From assembly GCA_049616955.1 (NCBI GenBank), contig JBMZIJ010000005.1, positions 4,209 through 68,208 on the forward strand: DNA of 64,000 bases, read 5' to 3'. The position numbers were made by a program, and so were the translations under genes. The notes under the pieces were generated by a model that ran no database searches, was not told where the DNA came from, and saw only the letters and a program-made list of their open reading frames with translations. The stretch comes from Candidatus Poseidoniaceae archaeon (GTDB taxonomy: Archaea > Thermoplasmatota > Poseidoniia > Poseidoniales > Poseidoniaceae). Shown one piece after another: positions 8,575 through 18,600 of the stretch (the stretch's first letter is position 1; every line of letters begins with the position of its first letter).

Positions 8575-10731
8575 TCAGAAACTGATGTTAAACTGGAACA
8601 TCGCCATACCAATCGTCAACAAGCCACCGACGATGTAGCCAAGAATCGCACCACCGTTGAGCAATGGAAGGCCGGCTTGAGCCTGACCTCTGCCGACGTA
8701 ATACATGAGAATTGAGTATCCAATGAGGCTACCAACAAGGGTGGTCATGGCCATGATGAATCCATCGTCACCTCCAACGTACTGGAGTGTTGAGAGCACA
8801 AGCATACCGGGGAAGATGACATCGCCAAGACCCATCAACATCGCATCACTGCTCTTGGCAACGACACGCTCACGAGGAGCTTCCTGCACTGCATCACGTG
8901 GAGGTTGATCTGGTGTATCGTGGACTGTGGTTCGCTCAGTACGCATGGAATATTCGGAATCCTGAGGAGCAACCAAGAGGATAGGTAAATTGAGATTCAT
9001 CATCGTATCAGCAAGATCGAGCATGTGCTTCGATTTGTACACCGCCCAGGCATCGTATATCGCTGCTGCAACCATGAAGACCATGATCAATGTTGGAACG
9101 AATGAAACACCAAGCATGACGATGACACCACTTCCAACAAGAATCCCAACGGTGTTCACGACGTACCATTCACTGTGTACGTACAGGAGAATCATGAGCA
9201 GGAGGCTGAAGAGAAGACCGATGATGGTCGGGATGTCTTCCATCACAAGGCCTCCAACAAGGAACATGGATGCGTCAACGACGCCGCTGGAAGTGGTGTA
9301 GGTTCCATCGATAACAGTGGCATAGAAATGGATTGTTTCATCCTCAACATCTTGAGGCGTTTCACCAAAGGTGACTGCAACATTCTCGCCTTCAGGAACG
9401 TCGATGATCAATCGCTGAACCATCGACGACCCATAGAGAAGACGTGCATCATCTCCGGTTGTAATCAGAAGTTCCGTGTAGCCTGTCGCATCAATATCGG
9501 TGAATCGGACATCACGGATTTCCGAAGCGAACCCATTGATGCTGACTCCAGATTCTTTGTTCAGCGTATCAGGGCTGCTCGTTGATGCGGTTGGTTCAAA
9601 CGACCATGCATGGATGTCACCATCTGCAGTTCCGAGCACAATGAGTTGTTCTCCGCTTGTCGATTCATTCATCGGGACATCGGCAATGTTCGAGTATCCA
9701 ACATCAGCAGAGGTGAATCCCGCATCATTTGAAGCCTCGATGAGAATGTGTGCAGGCTCGTGGATGCCTCCTTCAGGGAAAGCCGCAGTTTGATTCAGTC
9801 GGACGACTCCAGCGTACTCTTCGCTTACAATCAACAGGCTATCATCACTCAGCAGTTCAGCCTCAACGAGAACATCAACCACTTTCATATCGGGAGGGAG
9901 TTGCCATGTTGCCTGTTTGACCGATAACTGGTTGGGTGAGTTTTCTCGGTTGATGTTGAACCGGTGAAGCATTTCTCCAGCGTCAACAATGTAGAGGGCA
10001 TCCTCTGTTTCTGTAGCAAGAATACATCCAGTTTCAACGAGGGGTCGCAGATCGCCTTGCGCATCGAAGTAGAAACATTCGTAGGTTGAAACGACCGAAC
10101 CGTCAGCAAGTGAGAGCGTATTGACAAACGCACCATTGTTGATGGTCACCCAATCTGGGCCAGGAACGACAATCAACTCAGAGAATTCGTAGGTAACGTT
10201 ACCATGAGGGATATCGGTTGTCCATACTGGATCCTCAAGACCCCATTGCATCAATCGGATGGTATTGATGAGTTCTCCACTTTGGTTTGATCGAATGGTA
10301 TCGAGGTACTGGTCCATGCCAATCTCGGTCAAATACGTGGCCTCTGCATCATCCGTTGATTCGTATTCAAACGGTGTGACGCTATCATCGACCATGAGTT
10401 GATGGGCAAGTGGAATGCTTGCGTAGAGCAATGCTATGAACAGAATCCCCATAATTCCGTACTTGATGACCCACTCTTTCTTGTATTTTGCAAGCATCAA
10501 AATCGCAGCAGTGAAGACGAAAATCATCAACAATTCAAGTCCAATGTATCGTAATTGAGAGGCTCCTGCTTCTCCGAAAGCTTGCAATCCTGCCTTGTCG
10601 TACCATGGACGGATGTACATGGCAAGGAAGATGGTGGCAACGAACATTCCCGCCATCCCAATCATCGATGGGAGTTGACGGCGAAAGTCTCCTGCAACGT
10701 CGCTCATACCACTTCCAGACACGAACCACAT
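8575..10731 (-). CDS. presenilin/signal-peptide-peptidase-type (A22, GxGD) intramembrane aspartyl protease with a large inserted ectodomain
   Basis: Motifs in order: AAIYDAWAVY (YD), MLMGLGDVIFPG (GxGD), and QAGLPLLNGGAILGY (PAL-type, very like archaeal PSH). Three N-terminal TM helices are followed by ~380 hydrophilic residues before TM4. Alternative ATG at 10707. Confidence 0.8.
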   Translation of the reverse strand: MWFVSGSGMSDVAGDFRRQLPSMIGMAGMFVATIFLAMYIRPWYDKAGLQAFGEAGASQLRYIGLELLMIFVFTAAILMLAKYKKEWVIKYGIMGILFIALLYASIPLAHQLMVDDSVTPFEYESTDDAEATYLTEIGMDQYLDTIRSNQSGELINTIRLMQWGLEDPVWTTDIPHGNVTYEFSELIVVPGPDWVTINNGAFVNTLSLADGSVVSTYECFYFDAQGDLRPLVETGCILATETEDALYIVDAGEMLHRFNINRENSPNQLSVKQATWQLPPDMKVVDVLVEAELLSDDSLLIVSEEYAGVVRLNQTAAFPEGGIHEPAHILIEASNDAGFTSADVGYSNIADVPMNESTSGEQLIVLGTADGDIHAWSFEPTASTSSPDTLNKESGVSINGFASEIRDVRFTDIDATGYTELLITTGDDARLLYGSSMVQRLIIDVPEGENVAVTFGETPQDVEDETIHFYATVIDGTYTTSSGVVDASMFLVGGLVMEDIPTIIGLLFSLLLMILLYVHSEWYVVNTVGILVGSGVIVMLGVSFVPTLIMVFMVAAAIYDAWAVYKSKHMLDLADTMMNLNLPILLVAPQDSEYSMRTERTTVHDTPDQPPRDAVQEAPRERVVAKSSDAMLMGLGDVIFPGMLVLSTLQYVGGDDGFIMAMTTLVGSLIGYSILMYYVGRGQAQAGLPLLNGGAILGYIVGGLLTIGMAMFQFNISF

Positions 10732-10811
10732 TTGAGCGCATCGATGGTTGCAGGGACAATCGTTGCATCGCTACACCTATGAGAACCAGCCGCAAGGACG
10801 GTTTGAGGTCG

Positions 10812-12092
10812 ATGACATCCAACGTACGTGAATGGCTTGCTGAAAGCAAGAAGCGTGGTATGGATCTTGGTCTTGAACGTGTTTTCCGAATCCATCAGAC
10901 ATTGATTCAATCCAAGGATAATGCAACCATCCTCCACGTTGCCGGTAGCAACGGTAAAGGAACACTTTGTGCAACACTTGCGAGCCATTTGCATCAACTT
11001 GGACAATCGAGTGTAATGTTCACATCTCCTCATTTGGTTCGTATCGAAGAACGTGTACGTCTCGATGGTCAACCGATTGCATCCGAACAGTTTGATGCCT
11101 TCCTTTCAATGATTCAGGAAGCAGAATCATTTTTGGATGAAGCATTGACTTTCTTTGAAATCACGTTTCTTGTTGCATGTCTTTGTGCAGAGAGAAACAA
11201 TGTTGACGTTTTCATTGTCGAAACAGGACTTGGTGGGCGTTTTGATGCAACACGAATTCTTCAAGCGGATGTGAGCATCTTGACCTCTCTTAGCCTCGAG
11301 CATCGGGATGTTCTCGGTGATACGCTGGCTCAAATTGCAGCTGAAAAGGCCGCTATTGCCCGTCCAGGGAAGCCGATGATCGTTCGCAATGTAGACGACG
11401 TAGAGGCACGTGCATCCATTGAACTCGAGGCAAAAAATGCCGGAAGAAGCGAACTCAATGAAACGCAGGCAGAAGCACCGATTCAATGGGTTACCATTCC
11501 TGAAACGGCATCCTTTGAACAGGAAGCGTTGTTGCTGGCAAAAGCAACGCTTGAAGCGATTGGCCTCGATGCTAACGGACTTGAGCAATCGTCACAACTG
11601 TTGAATTGGCCTGGCCGATTCCAAGAACTTCCAGCACCTTGGCGAGGTTCGATTCTCTTCGATGCTGCACACAATCCGAGTGGATTGTTGCGTATGCTTC
11701 CTCAACTGCGCCACCGTATCGAACAAGAAGACGCGTGGACGCTTGTGTTTGGATGTACACCGCAACATGATTTGGTTGAATTTGCACAACCACTACTCGA
11801 TCTGTGTAAGCAAAAACCGCCTGAATCGATCGTCCTTACAAAGCCACAGTTCGGACGATACGCTGGCGTTTCTCTACAAGCGCTGCGTGAACTCGATTGG
11901 CCTTCTTCGAGCACCATCTATGAGCGAGAGGATGCACAAAGAACGCTTTCCTGCTTGAGGGAGATCGAGCCGACGTTTACCGTTGCCATTGGATCGTTGT
12001 ATCTCATTGGTGAGTTGTACGAATCGTTTGACTATTGGGGTACGGAACACATGGAATTGTTCCCTGCAAAGACTCAAAGGGATGAAGCATAA
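10812..12092 (+). CDS. folC: folylpolyglutamate synthase/dihydrofolate synthase (Mur ligase family)
   Basis: P-loop ILHVAGSNGKGTLCATLA, then FTSPHLVRIEERV and IVETGLGGRFDATR. ATG at 10812 has a GAGGT box just upstream. The 5' part of the track ORF (10605-10811) overlaps the divergent protease gene and was trimmed. Confidence 0.85.
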   Translation: MTSNVREWLAESKKRGMDLGLERVFRIHQTLIQSKDNATILHVAGSNGKGTLCATLASHLHQLGQSSVMFTSPHLVRIEERVRLDGQPIASEQFDAFLSMIQEAESFLDEALTFFEITFLVACLCAERNNVDVFIVETGLGGRFDATRILQADVSILTSLSLEHRDVLGDTLAQIAAEKAAIARPGKPMIVRNVDDVEARASIELEAKNAGRSELNETQAEAPIQWVTIPETASFEQEALLLAKATLEAIGLDANGLEQSSQLLNWPGRFQELPAPWRGSILFDAAHNPSGLLRMLPQLRHRIEQEDAWTLVFGCTPQHDLVEFAQPLLDLCKQKPPESIVLTKPQFGRYAGVSLQALRELDWPSSSTIYEREDAQRTLSCLREIEPTFTVAIGSLYLIGELYESFDYWGTEHMELFPAKTQRDEA

Positions 12093-12555
12093 CCCCGAGT
12101 TGGTCAAGATGGGTTCAAAGTGGGATGTACGATTTCTTGAGTTGGCCAACCACATCAGTTCGTGGAGCAAAGACCCATCGACAAAAGTCGGATGCGTCGT
12201 TGTCGGTGAAGACCGAGAGATTCGTTCAACAGGCTTCAATGGATTTCCTCGAGGTATTGATGATTCCACAGATCGACTTGAGAACCGTGAAGAAAAGTAC
12301 CCACTTATTTGTCATGCTGAAGAAAATGCGATCATGCATGCTGCTCGTGTTGGCGTTTCCCTCAAGGATTGCACAGCCTATGTGACATGGCCACCATGCA
12401 CACGATGTGCTCGTTCGTTGATTCAAGCAGGAATCGTTGAGGTCGTTTATGCAGGAACAAACAACATTCCTGAACGTTGGATGGAGGATTTCACGCGTTC
12501 CACCAACATGATGAAAGAGGCTGGAATCAAACTCCGAAACGTTGAGTTCGAGTGA
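12082..12555 (+). CDS. dCMP deaminase (CMP/dCMP-type zinc deaminase)
   Basis: Zinc motifs HAEENAIMHAAR and PCTRCARSLIQAGI. ATG at 12082 overlaps the folC end by 11 nt; ATG at 12109 is an alternative. Confidence 0.85.
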   Translation: MKHNPELVKMGSKWDVRFLELANHISSWSKDPSTKVGCVVVGEDREIRSTGFNGFPRGIDDSTDRLENREEKYPLICHAEENAIMHAARVGVSLKDCTAYVTWPPCTRCARSLIQAGIVEVVYAGTNNIPERWMEDFTRSTNMMKEAGIKLRNVEFE

Positions 12556-15500
12556 CTACCCCCAGAATCGTCGGGTTCTCGCATACTCGATTTCAGCATG
12601 ATGAATCGATTGCAGTACGCCTTCAATGTCTTTGCTGTTGCCTTTTCGTAGGATACGTTGTGCTGTCGCCTCACCAACACCACGAGCCATGAGGCAAACG
12701 ATAGCATGGAATCCATGCGTTTTGATCAATGAGGCATTTCGAATCATTCGATTTCGGTCGCTTTCTTCCTCTGAAGCGACCCACTCCTCGAGCATTTTCT
12801 CAAGACCTTCGCGAGCACAGACCAACATTTGTCCCTGACAAGCGATGCATTCTCTTGGATTCTTTAATTGAGGATATCGCTCAACACGGAATCGTCGTAT
12901 TGCACGGCATTTAAGACAACACAAGACAGCACGTTCGTTCATCAAACGTAGCCGAAGTTGAGCACGAACGGCCTCGTTGTCCCAGTTTGGTAGCAACAAA
13001 TCCTTCTGGCTGCGGTCTGATAACCCGAGAGGACCAGGTGGTGTGACAATGACATCGAGGAGACCTGATTGAATGCCACGCAACACGTCCTTTGCACCTT
13101 CAATGTCCATACGTTCGTAGTAGAGCTTGTTGAGAACTTCCTCGAGCACAATGGTTCCTCGGTATTTTCGAACCAAGGCATTGAGATTGATTTTACGAGG
13201 ATCGACACCATGTTGGAGAATTCCGAACGTTTTCGCAACTTGAGCGAAACGCCATCGAACCTGTCGAGAATTTGGTAGCGTAACGGAGAGAAGTCCTTCG
13301 ATTCCATCTGCTGGAAGCTCATTCAGCCAATCGATCACCTGCTCTGGTTCAATGTCTGCTCCAGAAAGGTGGAGTCGTGTTGGTTCAACGAGCAAGCCAC
13401 CCCATCGTCCGGTCTGGGTCGATGCCATGGCGAGGAGCAAATGCCCAATCGTTTCGTTGATGAGTGTACCTTGACACATGTTGATGACAAGTGCTTCAGA
13501 GCGACGTTCAATCGTGATGGTCTGTTGATCTGGAAGAGCCTCCGTAGCGTCAATATGTCGTGTGATGGTATCAGCAAGCAATCCAATGGCTTCACCATCA
13601 AGCGGATACGCTGTTAAGGGAAGACCATCGTTAGCAAGCAAGCCAGCAACATCGAGTTGATCTGATTCTTTTGCTTCAATCAGACCAAAATCTTCGGCGA
13701 TCAATCGACGTAATCGACCGATGTTCCGAGCAACAATTGCGGGGACGGGTGGTAATTCACCAACCCACGTTGGTGCCTCTCCTTGCACTGAGACTGGGGC
13801 GACCAAGACTTCGCTTTGTTCGGGGTCTGCATCGACGATTGTCCAGGTGCGTCCAGCCATGACGAATTGCCTGATTTGCCCATTCTCTTCTTCTCCACTA
13901 CCGTTCAACTCGAGCACAAAGGCTTCGTCAACGTTTCCAATGGTTCGTCGTGTGACAACGTCTCGAACACGATAGGATTGCTTGTCTGGAATCATGGACA
14001 AATGATGCTCAACCCATCGACGCGTGCGTCCGGCAGATGCAAACCATCCATCCTTGAATTCTTGAGGAACAGGCATCTGCATGCCCTTGTATTCGACAGG
14101 AATGTCCTCTTCAGCAACATCGTATCGAGGCAACTCATCCGGCCAGGAATCAGCATCTGCAATGGCTTCCTTGGCGGCAAGGTAGAGATGTTTTGGCCAT
14201 CGATACCACGGCGTCTCGCTCGGTTTGAGCGAGTACTTGAGCAACCAACGGTCGGAAAGTACAGCAAGGACATTCTCAGTATCCTTTCGTGTCCAATCAT
14301 CGAACTGTTCGGTTTTGGAAAAGATTTCGTGCACGTCATCGATTCGTACCACTTTGAAACTGTGCGCCATAAGCATGATTTGATTCGCAGCAATACTGTA
14401 CGGACGATTCCTCCATTCAACATCTTCAATCGCACCAAGATGGGAACGATGCGCAACAACGGCTGATTCGGCAAGACCATCCGTTTCCCATGCCAAGAGA
14501 TGGCCGCGACCAATTCCTCCAATACGGTGGTCGGCTCGACCAACACGCTGCAACATTCGATCGACTGATCTTGGGCTCTCCAACTGGACAATTTTTCGAA
14601 TCGAACCAACATCGATGCCGAGTTCAAGGCTTGATGTACAAATCAGCCCCTGAAGTGAACCATTGCGTATGTTTTCTTCCATGTCTTGACGCGTTTCGGC
14701 AGCAAGGCTACCGTGATGTACTCCGATGGCGAGGTGAGGTGCCATTGTCTGCAGGCGTTGTGCAACAGTTTCTGCAGCATTTCGACTGTTCACGAAGACA
14801 AGACATGGTGGATCCTTCTCAACGATCTCACCGAGCAAACGGAATGTAGCATGTGCTCTTGGTGAAAGGCGCATCTCCATGGCTCCGACTTCATCTTCGG
14901 GCAAAGGAGGCGCTGTTTCGACAGTCAGGACGGTCGAACGTTCAGCAGGTGCGAGAATGGGCTGACAAGATGAATCAGAAATCCACGAAGCCACATGCTC
15001 AGGATTTCCAACCGTCGCTGAAAGCCCTACCTTTTGCAAGGTTCGCCCACAGAGTGCTTCCAATCGTTGCAATCCGAGACGCAATTGCCAACCACGTTCG
15101 CTTGCCGCCAAATCGTGAACCTCGTCAATGATTACCGCTTGAACAGATGAAAGCATGGCACGCAATCGATGGCCAGTGAACATGAGTTGGAACGTTTCTG
15201 GTGTTGTAACCAAAAGATGAGGTGGTCGACGAACCTGCTTGGAGCGCTCGTTTGTGGGTGTATCACCATGACGAAGAGCGAAGCGTAGGTCCAGTGCTTC
15301 ACTCAACTCAGCGAGCCTGCGATCAACGTCACGATTCAATGCACGCAAGGGTGTGATGTAGAGAATGGAAAGCGGTTTCCATGCTTCGACCTTACAACGA
15401 TGAAGAAGCGGTAAGACGGCTGCAAGCGTCTTTCCAGAACCTGTTGGGGCGATGAGCAAACGCTCGTTCCCATCCATCAATTCAGGAATCGCTTGTTCCT

Positions 15501-15579
15501 GCACAGGGGTTGGTTTCCAATCGCGTTCTGCAAGGAATTCTTGCAATTGAGGATGAAGCAGCGAAAAAACATCCGACAT
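12556..15579 (-). CDS. lhr: Lhr-type large ATP-dependent DEAD/DEAH-box helicase
   Basis: Motifs LIAPTGSGKTLAAVLP (I), VIIDEVHDL (II), LSATVGN (III), HHGSLAAETR and QRVGRADH (VI). Long Lhr-type C-terminal region with a Cys4 ribbon (CCLKC...CIAC). ATG at 15579 gives MSDVFSLLHP and has a GGGGTGGGGAGAG box upstream. Confidence 0.85.
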   Translation of the reverse strand: MSDVFSLLHPQLQEFLAERDWKPTPVQEQAIPELMDGNERLLIAPTGSGKTLAAVLPLLHRCKVEAWKPLSILYITPLRALNRDVDRRLAELSEALDLRFALRHGDTPTNERSKQVRRPPHLLVTTPETFQLMFTGHRLRAMLSSVQAVIIDEVHDLAASERGWQLRLGLQRLEALCGRTLQKVGLSATVGNPEHVASWISDSSCQPILAPAERSTVLTVETAPPLPEDEVGAMEMRLSPRAHATFRLLGEIVEKDPPCLVFVNSRNAAETVAQRLQTMAPHLAIGVHHGSLAAETRQDMEENIRNGSLQGLICTSSLELGIDVGSIRKIVQLESPRSVDRMLQRVGRADHRIGGIGRGHLLAWETDGLAESAVVAHRSHLGAIEDVEWRNRPYSIAANQIMLMAHSFKVVRIDDVHEIFSKTEQFDDWTRKDTENVLAVLSDRWLLKYSLKPSETPWYRWPKHLYLAAKEAIADADSWPDELPRYDVAEEDIPVEYKGMQMPVPQEFKDGWFASAGRTRRWVEHHLSMIPDKQSYRVRDVVTRRTIGNVDEAFVLELNGSGEEENGQIRQFVMAGRTWTIVDADPEQSEVLVAPVSVQGEAPTWVGELPPVPAIVARNIGRLRRLIAEDFGLIEAKESDQLDVAGLLANDGLPLTAYPLDGEAIGLLADTITRHIDATEALPDQQTITIERRSEALVINMCQGTLINETIGHLLLAMASTQTGRWGGLLVEPTRLHLSGADIEPEQVIDWLNELPADGIEGLLSVTLPNSRQVRWRFAQVAKTFGILQHGVDPRKINLNALVRKYRGTIVLEEVLNKLYYERMDIEGAKDVLRGIQSGLLDVIVTPPGPLGLSDRSQKDLLLPNWDNEAVRAQLRLRLMNERAVLCCLKCRAIRRFRVERYPQLKNPRECIACQGQMLVCAREGLEKMLEEWVASEEESDRNRMIRNASLIKTHGFHAIVCLMARGVGEATAQRILRKGNSKDIEGVLQSIHHAEIEYARTRRFWG

Positions 15580-15647
15580 ACTCTCCCCACCCCCGCGGAG
15601 GAATCTGTCTGCCCACCCTTCTTGAGGATTTGTCAATACGAAGAGAC

Positions 15648-18600
15648 TCAGTCATCGTCCTCGTCGAAGTCATCGTCTTCGTCGAAGTCGTCTTCGTCTT
15701 CGTCATCGTCCCAATCCATTTCTTCGTCTTCTGCGAAAGCACCATCGCCGAGATCAACGGCGGTTCGACTTGCAACGGTTGCAACAAGAACGAGAATGAG
15801 GATTGTGGACACTGCGAATATCCACGCGAGTGGATGCTCGCGAGGTGAGTCCAACCAGCCAAGGTACTGGCCGTAAGCGATGTTGATGTCGTGTTCGGCT
15901 GTGTTGTCGTTGTCGTTGACTTCGACCAAGACGTTACCATAATCCACTTCGACACGGACACGATCAACGTTCTCAACTTCCCAATTGACCGTGACAGGAA
16001 TGCTTTCTCCTGCTTCGATACCAACAATGGCCTTGACATCGAATGGATCTTCAGAATCACCGGCAAAGAATGCGACCTTGAATTGAGAGGTTGTTGGACC
16101 ACCGTTGTTGATGACGGTTGCCGTGATTTCAACATCGGTTCCAGGCGATACGTGGTCGTCGGATACCGTGATGGACTTCACACGCAATTCGGGTCCAACT
16201 GCACCGAGGCGAACCCATTGACGCTCAAAGTCGGTGTCATCAAAGGCCAATTCAGGGATTGGACTCGCTTCGGAATTGGAGACAACAGGGAACTGATTCC
16301 CAGCTGCATCCCAACCGGTCACGTAGAATCCGACAAAGTCACCAGCCTGTGGAACAATGCTTCCTCCTGCCGTAATGTCAACTTCACCCGTCCAATAGAC
16401 GGTTTGACCTTCTTGTTGCATACCGAGCAACGATGAACCAGCACCGATGGTGACGGTTCGGGTTTGGTCACGCATGACCCAATGAATCATTTGTTCCGAT
16501 CCTGTGAGATCAGCATCTTCAGAACCTTGGAATTCAACATAGATCGATGTCAAATCGTTGGATGGAGAGACATCAATCACGTTGAGAGGAGCCATTCGAC
16601 GAACCACGCGAGGTGCGGCATCATCAACAATCACACGAAGCGTTGTTGAGACAAGCGTCCCCGTCATGTCTTCACCACGGCCAGGAATGTTCGTAATGGA
16701 GATCAAACAGGTTCGTGTTGGAGATGATTGCAGGGACTTTGCAGAATCGAGTGGTACTTCGATGAGGTATTCTCCATCGTCGGTAAGAGAACCATCGCTC
16801 CACAATTTTTCGCCATCAAAGACTTCGACCAAAATTCCTACGTCTCGAGGTGCTGGGACGTTACTACCTTCGTAGACAACACGACCACTGAAAGCGAGTC
16901 GGTCGTCTTTACGAACACGGGTGCCATCTGCAACAGGGCCAGTTCTTGGTTCACTCACATCTTCAACAATGTAGTCGGTTGGTGAGAGTGTGAAATCGTT
17001 CTCAACACGGAAGGTATGCTCCAAGATGAGCAATTCCCTATCTTCGGAAGAACCACGTTCCTTGAACAAGAGTGCAAGGTCACCCATCTCTTCATCAGGC
17101 CAGTCCCATGCAAAGACGAAATTGTACGTGACAATGATCCATGGAAGACCAGATTCGTTCGTTGTTTCACGCATTGAACTGGTAGGTAGAAGATGGATGT
17201 AGTTGCTTTCACTCCAGAAGGTGTTGTTCAATCCAGAGTAGGAAATTCGTTGTGCGTCTCGACTTGGGTTAGGTCCTTCAAAGTCGAACACGAGGGAGAT
17301 GTGTTCGAAGTCGATCGCAGTGTTGGCATCGATGAATCCGACGGTGATCGACTGTTCGAGGCCTGCGAAGACGGGTTCGTCGTCGCTGTGACCGACCCAT
17401 TCCAATCCAGTGAAGATGGCTGCGGCATCCTTGCGTGTTTGGAAGGTTGCATCATCAAAGTTGAAACCAGGACCAGAATTGAGATTGTAGAGGACACCTT
17501 CATCGTCGTACTCTTTGTAAAAGACCGGATTTCCAGCTTGGTCTCCACCCGACCAATAATACGAAACTCGCCCCATGTTCGGGTTTCGAGAGTGGTCGAT
17601 GTTGGTCATGAACCACTTGCTCTTGCTTTCACTCATGTTGGTAACACGCTTGCTTGCATACTCATGGTCGTCAGCGATTCCATTGCGATTGAGATCGTGG
17701 TCGGCTTCAACCCAATACATGAGCGTCAATTCCATCGGAACTCCAATCTCATCGTGGACGAGGATTCGAACATCCTGTTGGTTGACACCTGCCTCATACG
17801 ATCCATCAGCAGGGAACACTGCACGACGCTCGGGCGGTGTTGCATCAACACGGAACGTGCGGCTCCAATCGGAATTCGGTGCCATGACGTGTGTTGGATT
17901 TCGCTCATTGTAGGTTTGAACTTCGTAATTCAGACCATCTGGAACATCGATGTTTGGTGTGACCACGCTAATGAAGAACGATCCATTGATGTTGGTTGTA
18001 TCTCGAGCGGTTGATTCGACCCAACCGTTGCGAGAAACACGTACGTCAAAAGCACTGTCGAGCGGAGCGTCATCGGAATCCATGAACCACATCGCCCCTT
18101 GGAAGTGGAGCGTTTCACCCGCAGCAACCCAAGCGTTGTCAGGGACATCATCTCGGACAAGGTCGCCACCGTTATCTCGCACCTTCAACCAGCCGAGGCC
18201 GAAGGTTTGGTTGACACGAAGCCCTTGTTCGCTTCGAAGGTCGAGTGGTGCAAAGCCAGCTGAACCGCTGTCATCCAAACATCCTGTACTGAATCGGACG
18301 TTGTTTTGGTCAGGGAAATCGCTGGTCACACGGAACAACCAGTGAATTTCGAGAATACTGTTGTTGAGAATGGAGTAGGAATTGCCGTCCATGACAACGT
18401 AACCATCAGGGTCGTTTGGTGATGGGAAGACGTCCCCATCTTGCCAGAACAACGTTGGATTGGAGGCAGCAGAACTCGTCAAAAGGGTCAATGTTGCTTC
18501 ACGAATCTTGGTTGCACTTTCGCCCACGATGTGGCGTGTAACAACTTCGTATGGTTCGGTACGCTCGTGGAGAATCTCACCTTCGGGAATCGTAATTTCG

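Noticed and set aside
10605-10811. 5' extension of the folC ORF overlapping the presenilin-like gene on the opposite strand
   Set aside because: The translated extension (MDGCTWQGRWWQRTF...) is not FolC-like and overlaps the N-terminal TM region of a well-supported gene. ATG at 10812 with a GAGGT box gives a typical FolC N-terminus.
15542-15552. Extra copies of 11-mers from the intergenic motif inside coding regions (TGCAATTGAGG at 15542-15552 in lhr; CTGCAATTTTT at 26381-26391 in the YqgF-like gene)
   Set aside because: Exact 11-mer repeats are expected many times by chance in 64 kb on two strands. Only the 27-nt, spacing-preserving match between 3487-3513 and 52496-52522 is treated as meaningful.
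15648-15770. Short periodic GAC/GAA/GTC repeats that could be mistaken for a tandem repeat or CRISPR-like array
   Set aside because: They are in-frame Asp/Glu codons of the poly-acidic tail of the giant surface protein. There are no spacer-repeat units of CRISPR size.
17193-18014. Long antisense or alternate-frame ORFs inside well-supported genes. Examples: 17193..18014, 13816..14466, 13992..14627, 21511..22188, 37371..37973, 38673..39452, 41088..41660, 43458..43994, 54494..55036, 63262..63798.
   Set aside because: Each lies wholly within a gene with strong family motifs and translates to low-complexity, R/S/C/H-rich sequence without motifs. Such shadow ORFs are expected on the non-coding frames of long genes.
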